A stretch of DNA of 64,000 nt from Thermoanaerobaculia bacterium (GTDB lineage Bacteria > Acidobacteriota > Thermoanaerobaculia > UBA5066 > Gp7-AA6), in the NCBI GenBank assembly GCA_035263845.1, contig DATFQY010000222.1:3304-67303 (forward strand), read 5' to 3'. Shown here one piece after another: positions 17,543 through 26,763 of the stretch (positions within the stretch are counted from its first letter, which is position 1; every line of letters begins with the position of its first letter). The position numbers and the translations under genes are program-made. The notes below the pieces were generated by a model that was not told the origin of the DNA, did no database searches, and was given only the letters and a program-made list of their open reading frames with translations.

Positions 17543-19180
17543 GTGATTCGCACTCGATCCCTGCTCGTCCTCGCCGTGGCGGTGCTCGCGGCATCCTGCG
17601 CCGCCCCTTCCGGCGGGTCCAAGCCCACTGTGGCCTCGGCGCCTCCGACTCCGACGCCGGGCATCATGTCGAGGACCAATCCGAACATCGTCGAGGAAGA
17701 CGAATACCACTTCGTCGAGCGGCTGCCCAAGGAGGAGTACATCCGGGTTGACGAGCGGCACATCCGCCACCCCCTCGTGGGCCCCGCCGTCGAGTTCTAC
17801 AAGGAAGACGACAAGTACTACTACATCTACACGAACAAGAGGAACGCCGAGACCGAGGCGCTGGAGAGGATGCTCAAGCAGTCCCAGACGCCGACCCCGG
17901 CTTCCCCGGCGGCCCCCGGCCAGGCGCCGCCGCCGCCCGCGATGACGCCGACGCCCTCGGGCCCGCCGCTGTCGGACTTCGAGGACCTTCTGCCGCGGCG
18001 CGAAGCCGGGAAGCTGCGCCTGGAGCCGGTCGCGCAGAGCGGCCTTCCCGCGAGCGGGTTGTGGCGCGCCTCCTTCGTCATCCGCGACATCAACGGCGAC
18101 AAGATCCCCGACATCATCGCTCCGCCCTCGCGGCTGGGCGACGCGAAGCTCCACGTCTGGATCGGCGACGGCAAAGGGCACTTCACGCCGTGGCCCGTGC
18201 AGTTCGTCGAGGAGGGCAAGCCCAGCACCACCTTCTCTCTCGACTACGGCGCCGTCGCCGTCGGCGACATCGACCGCGACGGCAAGCTCGACGTCGTCGC
18301 GGCCTCGCACGGCGCCGGGCTCATCTCGCTCTTCGGCGACGGCAACGGCACCTTCCGAATCGTGAGGTCGGGGCTCCCCACGCGCGACTTCTCCTCGCAG
18401 GCGATCACGCTCGTCGACGCGGACGGGGACGGCAAGCTCGACATCGTCGCCGCCGTCGACAACGTGGGCGGCCGTTCCGACGCCCAGGACCAGGTGCGCG
18501 TGTACCTCAACCGCGGGAACCGGTGGCAGTACAAGCAGGACGGGATCGCAGGCGGCTTCTACTCGAACTGCATCCACGCCTGGGACTACGACCGGGACGG
18601 CAAGACGGACATCCTGACGGCCTCCAACTACATCGGCGCGCTAACGCTTCTCTGGAGGAATAACGGCGACGGGCGCTTCGAGCCGATCCGGTTCCCGGCC
18701 ATCGAGATCTACTCGTACCACTTCGCGACGGTGCCCGGCACCTGGGGCAAGCAGCGCGCCTCGGCCTTCGCCGACGCGTACAACATGATCACCAACGATC
18801 CCACCGAGGCGCGGGCGATCGGCATCACCGTCTACAGCTACGAGGGCGGGACCTGGAGCCGCCACCGCGTGTGGCGCAAGAAGGCGGGACAGTCCTCGCA
18901 GTACGCACTGGCCATGGGGGATCTCGACGGCGACGGCCTGGATGACGTCGTCTTCGCCGATACCGAGCAGAACAAGCTGCGGATCTTCTTCCAGAAGCCG
19001 GACGGGACCTTCACGGAGATGGCCGAGAACGAAGAGCCGGTCCTGGACTCGCTCGGGCAGTGGATCGAGCTCGCCGACCTCGACGGGGACGGCCGGCTCG
19101 ACATCGTTCTCTCCAAGACGGTGGCCTCTTACCGTCCCAACGACCAGGGCGGCTGGTCGGTCTGGCTGAACAAGCGCTAA
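17543..19180 (+). CDS. FG-GAP (integrin-alpha-like beta-propeller) repeat lipoprotein
   Basis: It has a GTG start after AAAGAGGAGG and the lipoprotein signal VIRTRSLLVLAVAVLAASC. There are multiple FG-GAP/VCBS-like repeats (DINGDKIPDIIA, DIDRDGKLDVVAASHGAG, DADGDGKLDIVAA, DLDGDGLDDVVFA, DLDGDGRLDIVLS). Confidence 0.8.
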   Translation: MIRTRSLLVLAVAVLAASCAAPSGGSKPTVASAPPTPTPGIMSRTNPNIVEEDEYHFVERLPKEEYIRVDERHIRHPLVGPAVEFYKEDDKYYYIYTNKRNAETEALERMLKQSQTPTPASPAAPGQAPPPPAMTPTPSGPPLSDFEDLLPRREAGKLRLEPVAQSGLPASGLWRASFVIRDINGDKIPDIIAPPSRLGDAKLHVWIGDGKGHFTPWPVQFVEEGKPSTTFSLDYGAVAVGDIDRDGKLDVVAASHGAGLISLFGDGNGTFRIVRSGLPTRDFSSQAITLVDADGDGKLDIVAAVDNVGGRSDAQDQVRVYLNRGNRWQYKQDGIAGGFYSNCIHAWDYDRDGKTDILTASNYIGALTLLWRNNGDGRFEPIRFPAIEIYSYHFATVPGTWGKQRASAFADAYNMITNDPTEARAIGITVYSYEGGTWSRHRVWRKKAGQSSQYALAMGDLDGDGLDDVVFADTEQNKLRIFFQKPDGTFTEMAENEEPVLDSLGQWIELADLDGDGRLDIVLSKTVASYRPNDQGGWSVWLNKR

Positions 19181-19253
19181 CCCATGCGTCCGAAACGAGT
19201 TGACCCTGTCCTCATGATCAGGAAGCATATTTTTCGGAATTTCCTCTTGACAG

Positions 19254-19270
19254 GGGCGCTCCGAGCGCCC
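19254..19270. promoter_or_regulatory. Perfect palindrome GGGCGCTC-C-GAGCGCCC placed between a TTGACA hexamer (19247-19252) and the start region of the downstream secreted-protein gene; candidate operator
   Basis: It was read from the sequence. No T-run follows it, so it is unlikely to be a terminator for the upstream gene. Confidence 0.3.
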
Positions 19271-19430
19271 AAGATGGCCGCAAACCACGGAGGTGCATGA
19301 ACTCCCGGTTAACTCCAATCTTGAAATCAGGTTCTGAAAAACGAGAAAAATGGGAGGTGATGGGATCGCGCGGAGGAAGGAACTCAAGCGTGTTTTTTTC
19401 GCAGTTAACAGTAACGAGGAGATCTCAATA

Positions 19431-20975
19431 ATGAAGAAAACCTTCCTGACGTGTATGGCGGTGGTCGCCGTGCTCGCGATTGCGAGCAGCGCCGGCGCCA
19501 TCACGTGCACCATTGACCAGCGTCCCGCTGCGACGCTGCTCATTCCCTACTTCCAGGCGACGTTCAACGCGGACGGCACCATCCAGGGAACGGGCACGAG
19601 CGCTCTGGACACCCTCGTGACGATCGGCAACGCCTCGGCCGCGCCGATGCTCGCTCACGTCAACGTGTTCAACGAGCGGACCGAGCTCGTCCTCGACTTC
19701 AACATCGCGCTCACCGGCTTCGACATTCAGTCGTTCTCGGTGGCCTCGGTGCTGAGGGGGAACCTGCCGATCACGCCGGTGAACATCAACCACCAGCCCG
19801 AGGTCAAGGACGGCATTCAGGTGACGATCACCGGTGACGTCTGCCAGCGCAACTCGAGCGCGCCGGTCTATCCGTCCGCCGGAGGTTACCTGCGTGTGAG
19901 ACCGACGAGCCCGGCAACGGGTCTCGACAACACACTCGCAACGGTTTCCTATCCCGCCGGGCCGTTCCCGACCGCGTTCCTGTTCTCGGTCCTCGACTCG
20001 CTCGATGCGACCAAGGACACCACGACGTGCGGCGGCACCGACGGCGTCATCACCAACCCGATTCACGGCTACATCACGATCGACCACGCGAACTACTGCA
20101 ACCTCTCCAACCCGTCGGATCCGGCGTACTACACGAACGATGCGATCGGTATGGAGAACAACCTGTTCGGTGACTACATCTACACCTCCGGCGCCGGCGT
20201 CGGCACGGAAGGGTACGCGGCCGTCGCCATCGAGGCGGATGCCTCCCTGGCCGACACCACCGCCGTCCCGACCAACCCCGCCAGCACGGCTCCTGTCGGA
20301 CGCCGCACCTTCTATCGTCGCTACGTGACGGTTGCGGATCCGCTGGGCTGCCTCAACACGTTCCCGGCTCCGCAGTCCGGCTTTGACTGCGGCGGCGGCG
20401 ACCAGCGCGAGCCCCTGGGCCTCAAGTACGCGGCCCGTTGGTTCGATGCGTCGCCTGGCGTTACTTCCAACTTCTACGTGTGGCGTGGATCGGCCGGCTC
20501 CTCCGCGATCAGCGGCGGTCTGGCTGACCTGCTCGGCTTCGCAGTCGGCAAGTGCAACACGTCCGAGCCGACCGTGACCTTGACCTTCTTCGATGAAGAC
20601 GAGAACACGGTTACGCAGGGCGTCTGCCCGTCCCCGTGCTCGCAGCCGACGTTCAACTTCCCGTTGGAGACGCAGCGCACCAACATCTCGGCCTTCTCCC
20701 ACCCCGTGTGGCCGGCCGGCTGGGTGAGCATGTCGTTCTTCAACAACACCGGTCCGCTCGGCGGCAACCTGGATCAGGCGTGGGTTGACTACGAGATCCT
20801 GGGCGCCACCGCGTTCCTCGTTGCCGGAATCCCGGCGGCTCAGCTCGATCCGACGAACTGCCAGCCGCTCGGCGTCTCCTGCACCACGGGTACCGGTTGC
20901 TACGGTCCGACCTCCGGCTCCGGCGTGACGGTCTCTCTGCCCGCCATCCCGGTGATCGTCGGGACCGGCCCATAG
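19431..20975 (+). CDS. Secreted Cys-rich hypothetical protein (514 aa)
   Basis: It has an ATG after AACGAGGAG and the signal peptide MKKTFLTCMAVVAVLAIASSAGA. It carries many Cys residues and no domain I can name. A strong terminator follows. Confidence 0.8.
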   Translation: MKKTFLTCMAVVAVLAIASSAGAITCTIDQRPAATLLIPYFQATFNADGTIQGTGTSALDTLVTIGNASAAPMLAHVNVFNERTELVLDFNIALTGFDIQSFSVASVLRGNLPITPVNINHQPEVKDGIQVTITGDVCQRNSSAPVYPSAGGYLRVRPTSPATGLDNTLATVSYPAGPFPTAFLFSVLDSLDATKDTTTCGGTDGVITNPIHGYITIDHANYCNLSNPSDPAYYTNDAIGMENNLFGDYIYTSGAGVGTEGYAAVAIEADASLADTTAVPTNPASTAPVGRRTFYRRYVTVADPLGCLNTFPAPQSGFDCGGGDQREPLGLKYAARWFDASPGVTSNFYVWRGSAGSSAISGGLADLLGFAVGKCNTSEPTVTLTFFDEDENTVTQGVCPSPCSQPTFNFPLETQRTNISAFSHPVWPAGWVSMSFFNNTGPLGGNLDQAWVDYEILGATAFLVAGIPAAQLDPTNCQPLGVSCTTGTGCYGPTSGSGVTVSLPAIPVIVGTGP

Positions 20976-20986
20976 TCGTTTCTTCT

Positions 20987-21027
20987 GGAGTGGGCGGGAC
21001 GCAAAGTCCCGCCCACTCTTTTTTTCT
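20987..21027 (+). terminator. Rho-independent terminator (GGAGTGGGCGGGAC-GCAAA-GTCCCGCCCACTC followed by TTTTTTT)
   Basis: It is a perfect 13-bp GC-rich stem followed by a T-run. Confidence 0.85.
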
Positions 21028-21213
21028 TAGATCGGAAGGTCTCGTTCCTGAAGAACAGACCCTCACAAGTTAAGCAGAGGTCGCTGAGTCAGCCCGCCGG
21101 CCCGATTTCAGATTCCTCCTAACTACATCCATGAAGAGGAATATGAAATCCGGCTCCGGAAACGACCGATGCAGTCAATCCGCCGAAGGCATTCCCAGGA
21201 GGTTTGTCCACTC

Positions 21214-24200
21214 ATGAACGTCGCTCCCCACATACTGTCGCGTCGCCGCCGTTTGCAGGCCTGGCCTCTTTTCCTCGTCGCGCTCGTCTTGCTGTCCTCC
21301 ACCGTGGCCAGCGCGCAGACCGTCCAGGTCAACACCGGGGGAATCGTCAGCATCACCGGTGTTCCGCCGATCTACAACGACCGGTACGTGATGCAGAAGA
21401 CGGACTTCGGATTTCTCTGGCTCGACACGGTCGCCCTGCAGGGCGGAATTGTCCAGGTCGAGGCCAAGTGCGGCACCGGTCAGCCGACTCCGGTGACCAA
21501 TATCTACGTGATCGGCGACTGCAACGGCATCACCAGCGTCGACACCGCCGGGACCCGCGTTGTCGCACGCCAGCTCTCCGGACAGTGCGGCGTGGCGACG
21601 CTCGGTTGCGGAGGAGGGCGCACGGACGGGACGGGTTTCTTCGAGTTCAAGCTCGGGACCTGGGAGTTCGTGGGACCGACGACCCAGGACATCCTGAGCC
21701 CCTCGACGCAAACCGCCGACCTCGCCGGACGGACCTGGAAGGTCACGGCCGCGGGAGACGGCAAGAACTTCACGTGGCAGGCCAGCGGCAATCCCAACAC
21801 GCCCCCCACGGCCTCCGCCTCGGCGACGAACCTCTCCGCCGCCAACCGCACCGACAAGACGAACTACTACGGCGACCAATGGCAGTTGAAGGACACCTCG
21901 GCCACCGTGTCGCCGATCACCGAGGTGGATTGGGACTTCATCTACAACGGCTCGTCGTTCGTCAAGGACGAGGGCGGCCCTCCCGCCTCAGAAGGAACGA
22001 TCACGGGCTTCTTCCCTTGCGATCCCAAGGGACAGATCGCCGGCGACATCCGCTTCGGGACCAACTGCATCCAGAGCCTCAACCTGTCGAACCCGGCCGG
22101 GGGCGGGAGCTACCGCTTCGCGATGCAGTCGGCCAACGTGAACGGGATCAGCACCAACACGTTCGTTTCCTCTTTCATCGCCGTTCAGTGCGCCCAGGCC
22201 AACATCGTGGGCTATACCGGAGCCACCGGGACCTGCGCCAAGAGCGGCGGGACGTTGAACGTCCTGATCGGCGGCGTCGCCGACGCGAGCGCGACGCAGG
22301 GCAACCCGGTGCAGTTCGACTGGACGTTCCCGGGGACCGGGACGCCGAACGTCTCGGGGATGACTCCCGGCGTGCCGACCGGCGCCACGACGTTCACGCT
22401 GACGGTGACCTATCCGGGCGGGTTCCAGGCGACGGCCTCGGGCAACGTCGTCCAGGCGAGCCTCGTCGCGGCCTTCTCGGTCGTGCCGAATCCCGTCCTG
22501 ATCAACACTCCCCTGACTTTGACCAACCAGATGCAGAAGGCGACGGGAGCGACGCTCAACTCGGTGGACTATCTCTTCAACCCCGGCGCCTGCACGTCGC
22601 CGCCCCCCATCGGGACCAACCCGGTCGGCGGGACGTTCTTGAACGTCGGCGGCACCGCCACGGTCACCGCGCCCTCGGCCAAGGGCGACTTCTGCCTGTA
22701 CCTGAAATACGGCTACACGCCGCCGAGCGGCCCCGCCCAGACGCAGACCGTCTCGGCCTCCGTCACGACGACCGACTGGGTGGCCAACCCGCAGATCCTG
22801 ATCAATCCGTCGGTGTTCTGCTTCGGTCCCTGCTCGCTGTCGATCGGGACCACCTACAGCCTCTCGGACAACGAGAACATCCCGCTGAACCCCCATCCAC
22901 CCGCTGCGTGGGACCTGAACGGCAACTCCATCGGGACCTCGCAGGACGCCAACTCGCCGATCACGTGGACGCCGAATTCCGCCTGCAGCAATTGCACCCT
23001 GCGGGTCACGGTGAACGGATCGTCCACGACGCTACCCGTCAACATCTCCGCGGCGCAGCCGACTCCGGTCCCGACGCCTCCGGGTCCGACTCCGACTCCG
23101 CCCATCATCGGAGGCGGAAACCTTTCGGTCAGCGTCACCGGGCCGAGCAACGGCGCCAAGAACGTTCCTCTGACGTTCTCGGCGAACGCGTCGGGAGGCT
23201 CCGGGGGCTACAGCTTCTCGTGGCAGTGCGACTTCAACCCGCTCGGGAGCTTCGCCGCTCTCGGACAGACGGCGACCTGCACGTACGCGACCTCGGGCGC
23301 GCACACCATCGTCGCCATGGTCCGGGATTCGAGCGGATCGACGGCGCTGAGCCCCAACTTCAGCGTCACGATCGGCGGGCTGGGGAATCCGTCAGTCCAG
23401 AACACCCTTTCCGGCAACGGAGTCACGCAGAACGTCTTCAACGGACGGTGGACCGCCCCGACGAGCACCCCGATCACGTTCTCGGCGAACGAAGCCAACG
23501 CCGCGACCTGGACCTGGTCGTTCGGCGACGGGCAGACCGGCACGGGCCGGACCGCGACCCACTCCTACTCCGCCTCGGGCCCCTACGCCGCGACCCTCAC
23601 GGTGACGGGCGACGAGGTCAACACCTCGGGCACCGGGTCGGCCACCATCAACATCGACATCAGCGGCCCGCCGGGACCGTCGGCGGCGTTCACCGTCACC
23701 GGCGCGACGACGCTCGGGCCGGACTCCTACGAGGTCGAGGCCTTCACGACCATGACCTTCACGGCCACGGAGACGAAGGCAAACTCCTACGCCTGGGACT
23801 TCGGCGACGGCACCGCCACGGGCAAGACCGTGACGCACGCCTTCTCCACAGCGGGATCCCACACGGCCACGCTGACAGTCACCGGCGACGGAACGACCAC
23901 GATCGGGACGAGGAGCGGCAACGCGTCCTTCACGGTCGATCCGGTCAAGTTCCGCGCGATCATCGTTCCGGGCGCGGCGCACCTCGACCTGGGCGCGGAC
24001 GTCTGGGGCACCGACGTGACCGTCAGCAATCCCGGCACCGGCAACCTGACAGTCAGCCCCGCCTTCGTCGCTTACTCCGACAGCGGCGGCGACGTGCCGG
24101 ATCTTTCGCAGGTCTCCTACGATCCGAAGCTGACCTTCCAGCTCGCGCCGGGAGCCTCCTGGTCGCAGGTGGACGTGGTCAAGTTCTTGAACGGCGGAAG

Positions 24201-25512
24201 CAACAAGGGGACACTCGTCTTCAAGTACGACGGCTCCGCCGACCCGATCGTGACCGCCCGCGTCTACTTCGCCGCGTCCTCCGACCCCCAGGGCGCCTCC
24301 TACGGCGCCGCTTTCCCGTCCTACAAGATCACGGGCGGCGGAGTCTCGACGCAGGAGGTGAGCCAGGCCGTCACCAACGACCAGACGATCATCGGACTGC
24401 TTTCCAACGCTCTCTACCGCTTCCGTGTCACCCTCTACAACGCGGACTCCAAGGCCGGCACCTTCCGGCTGATGGCCTATGACCAGGCGGGCAACCAGCA
24501 GTTCATCAAGGACGCGACGGGCCAGTATGTCGGCTATCGGGACTTCAAGATCGGCGGGTACCAGCAGTCGGCGCCGAGCGACGACGACCTCGGCCTCAAG
24601 GACGCGTCCATGCGGTACGTCCTGAAGGCCAGCCGCGCGCCCGGTTCGACCTTCGGGACCCTGATCGCCTCGGGGACGGCGCTCGACCGCAAGACGAGCG
24701 ACCTCGTCCAGATCACCGACGACACGCCCCTGACCCAGGCCGAGTCCGGCGTCATCTCCTATTACGTCGCCGGGGCGAGCCACCTCGACACTCCGCGGGC
24801 GCAGTGGCGGACCGACCTGAGGATCTTCAACAAGAGCTCCAGCGCGAGGACGCTCGGATTCGAGTACTACTTCACCCACGGAGCGGGAGGCGTCGAGCAG
24901 AAGGCGCAGGTCGTCGGGATCACGATCCCGGGCAACGGCCTGCTCACGTACGACGATCTCGTGGACTCGCTCATGAAGAAGGACACCGCTGTGGACCTGT
25001 CGGGCGACACGGCCGGGATGCTTCGCATCTTCCACTTCGAGGACGCGGACTCCGCGACCAAGCCGCTCGTCATCAGCTCCCGCAACTACGACGACCCGTC
25101 CGACGGCACCGGCACGGCCGGGACGCAGCTCGGCGTTTACTCCTCGCTGCAGACGTCCAAGCCCGGCAACGCGCCGCTCTTAGTCGCCGGCGCCGAGGAC
25201 AGCGAGCGCTTCTACTCCGTGATCGGCCTCTTCGCTCTCGATCCGGGCGTCACGACCGGGAGGATCTCGGCGATCGGTCCGGACGGCAAGGAGGTCGGCT
25301 CGTTCGACTTCGGGCTCAACCAGAACGCCCAGGGAGGCGCCGGCCACTTCGGCCAGATCTTCCTGAGGTCGCTGAGCGGCTGGAACAACCCGGACGCGCC
25401 GGTCACGATCAAGGTCACGGTCACCTCGGGAGGCCGCGTCGGCGCCTACGCCGTCACGGTGGACCTGAAGACCAACGACCTGACGTTCATCCAGGGACGT
25501 CCGCAGTTCTGA
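21214..25512 (+). CDS. Very large secreted protein (1432 aa) with multiple PKD domains and two tandem copies of an unrecognised C-terminal domain
   Basis: It has an ATG after CCAGGAGG and the signal peptide MNVAPHILSRRRRLQAWPLFLVALVLLSSTVASAQ. PKD signatures are present (e.g. WTWSFGDGQTGTGRTATHSYSASGPYAATLTVTGD; WDFGDGTATGKTVTHAFSTAGSHTATLTVTGD). A repeated C-terminal module is also present (VPGAAHLDLGADVWGTDVTV... and VAGASHLDTPRAQWRTDLRIF...). Confidence 0.85.
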   Translation: MNVAPHILSRRRRLQAWPLFLVALVLLSSTVASAQTVQVNTGGIVSITGVPPIYNDRYVMQKTDFGFLWLDTVALQGGIVQVEAKCGTGQPTPVTNIYVIGDCNGITSVDTAGTRVVARQLSGQCGVATLGCGGGRTDGTGFFEFKLGTWEFVGPTTQDILSPSTQTADLAGRTWKVTAAGDGKNFTWQASGNPNTPPTASASATNLSAANRTDKTNYYGDQWQLKDTSATVSPITEVDWDFIYNGSSFVKDEGGPPASEGTITGFFPCDPKGQIAGDIRFGTNCIQSLNLSNPAGGGSYRFAMQSANVNGISTNTFVSSFIAVQCAQANIVGYTGATGTCAKSGGTLNVLIGGVADASATQGNPVQFDWTFPGTGTPNVSGMTPGVPTGATTFTLTVTYPGGFQATASGNVVQASLVAAFSVVPNPVLINTPLTLTNQMQKATGATLNSVDYLFNPGACTSPPPIGTNPVGGTFLNVGGTATVTAPSAKGDFCLYLKYGYTPPSGPAQTQTVSASVTTTDWVANPQILINPSVFCFGPCSLSIGTTYSLSDNENIPLNPHPPAAWDLNGNSIGTSQDANSPITWTPNSACSNCTLRVTVNGSSTTLPVNISAAQPTPVPTPPGPTPTPPIIGGGNLSVSVTGPSNGAKNVPLTFSANASGGSGGYSFSWQCDFNPLGSFAALGQTATCTYATSGAHTIVAMVRDSSGSTALSPNFSVTIGGLGNPSVQNTLSGNGVTQNVFNGRWTAPTSTPITFSANEANAATWTWSFGDGQTGTGRTATHSYSASGPYAATLTVTGDEVNTSGTGSATINIDISGPPGPSAAFTVTGATTLGPDSYEVEAFTTMTFTATETKANSYAWDFGDGTATGKTVTHAFSTAGSHTATLTVTGDGTTTIGTRSGNASFTVDPVKFRAIIVPGAAHLDLGADVWGTDVTVSNPGTGNLTVSPAFVAYSDSGGDVPDLSQVSYDPKLTFQLAPGASWSQVDVVKFLNGGSNKGTLVFKYDGSADPIVTARVYFAASSDPQGASYGAAFPSYKITGGGVSTQEVSQAVTNDQTIIGLLSNALYRFRVTLYNADSKAGTFRLMAYDQAGNQQFIKDATGQYVGYRDFKIGGYQQSAPSDDDLGLKDASMRYVLKASRAPGSTFGTLIASGTALDRKTSDLVQITDDTPLTQAESGVISYYVAGASHLDTPRAQWRTDLRIFNKSSSARTLGFEYYFTHGAGGVEQKAQVVGITIPGNGLLTYDDLVDSLMKKDTAVDLSGDTAGMLRIFHFEDADSATKPLVISSRNYDDPSDGTGTAGTQLGVYSSLQTSKPGNAPLLVAGAEDSERFYSVIGLFALDPGVTTGRISAIGPDGKEVGSFDFGLNQNAQGGAGHFGQIFLRSLSGWNNPDAPVTIKVTVTSGGRVGAYAVTVDLKTNDLTFIQGRPQF

Positions 25513-25532
25513 GCGGCGAGAATCGCACTCCC

Positions 25533-25566
25533 GACGCCCCGGCTCCGGCCGGGGCGTCTTTTTTTG
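25533..25566 (+). terminator. Rho-independent terminator (GACGCCCCGGC-tccg-GCCGGGGCGTC followed by TTTTTTT)
   Basis: It is a perfect 11-bp stem followed by a T-run. Confidence 0.85.
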
Positions 25567-25652
25567 GAGCGATCGGGGCGATGGGGCGATGTTCTGGCGC
25601 CCCGGACCGTACACCGGTCTAGAATCGCAGATCGGAGAGGGTCGTTTTTTGA

Positions 25653-26762
25653 ATGAGTGAGAGCCGGTTTCCCGCCTCCCCGGCGGCTTCCGCGGTGGTC
25701 GAGGCGGAGACGGTTTCCCCGTACCTCCACGACCGCGGGAGCGTCGTCTACAACCCTCTGACCGGCGCCTCGATCCCGAAGAACGGCGACGAATACCGGG
25801 CACTCCGGCAGATCGAGACGGGCCTTCCCGGGGAGGCCGCCGCCGGGGCGCTCGAGCACCTCCGGGCCGCTCGTTTCCTGATCGAGGACCTCGACGCCGA
25901 AACGAGGAGGTCGCACCTGCTCTACCTGTCGCTGGAGACCTGCACGAGCTGCAACCACCGCTGCCCGTTCTGCCCGGTGTCGGTGGACCCGCGCGAACGT
26001 CAGGTCATGAGCCAGGAGCTCTTCGAGTCCATCGTGGACCAGGTCGTCGCGGCGGGCGGCAAGGAGGTCGTCGTCTTCCTCTCGAACTACAACGAGCCGA
26101 CCGTGGACCCGCTTTTCGAGGAGCGCTGCATGGCCCTCTTCGCGCGTAGTCTCCCGGTCTCGATCCTGACCAACGCTTCGCACTTCACGCCCGAGCGCGC
26201 CGCGCGGCTCGAGGCGGCCGGGAAGTTCCGCTACATCGGAATCAACCTTCCCACGCTCGATCCCGAGCGCTACTTCAAGCTCCACGGCACGCGAGACCTC
26301 GCCCGCGTTCTCGCCAACGTGGACGCGATGCGCGCGCGGGAGCTCTCGCAGGAGACGGCGATCGTCGTGCTGGGCGATCAGGACGAGGCGCACCGCAAGG
26401 ACGTCGCCGAGATCCGCCAGCGGTTCGGCCCCAAGGGATGGCAGGTGCGCCCCTTCCGCATCCGCAGCCGCCCCGCGAGCGGGACCTTCGTTCCCGAGCC
26501 GCCGGCCAGGAAGAAGCTCCGCGGCTGCGAGCTGATGGGATCGCGCCCCTTCGAACACCTCCACGTCACCGCGACGGCGAAAGCGGTCCTCTGCTGCCAG
26601 GACTACTACGAGCGCCTGACCGTCGGAGATCTCCAGACCGAGACCGTCGCGGAGATTCTCGGCGGCGACACGATGGCGCGGCTTCGCCGCTGGACGTACG
26701 GCGTCGAAGAAGCCCCCTCCGACTTCCTGTGCCGACGGTGCGAGTTCGCGATCGGCGAGTGA
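25653..26762 (+). CDS. Radical SAM enzyme with a C-terminal Cys-rich (SPASM/twitch-like) region
   Basis: It has the CxxxCxxC motif (CNHRCPFC) at about residue 100, preceded by an N-terminal extension of about 90 aa. Additional C-terminal cysteines are present (CCQDYY...CRRCEF). Its stop is 1 nt before the wzt ATG. Confidence 0.8.
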   Translation: MSESRFPASPAASAVVEAETVSPYLHDRGSVVYNPLTGASIPKNGDEYRALRQIETGLPGEAAAGALEHLRAARFLIEDLDAETRRSHLLYLSLETCTSCNHRCPFCPVSVDPRERQVMSQELFESIVDQVVAAGGKEVVVFLSNYNEPTVDPLFEERCMALFARSLPVSILTNASHFTPERAARLEAAGKFRYIGINLPTLDPERYFKLHGTRDLARVLANVDAMRARELSQETAIVVLGDQDEAHRKDVAEIRQRFGPKGWQVRPFRIRSRPASGTFVPEPPARKKLRGCELMGSRPFEHLHVTATAKAVLCCQDYYERLTVGDLQTETVAEILGGDTMARLRRWTYGVEEAPSDFLCRRCEFAIGE

Positions 26763-26763
26763 G

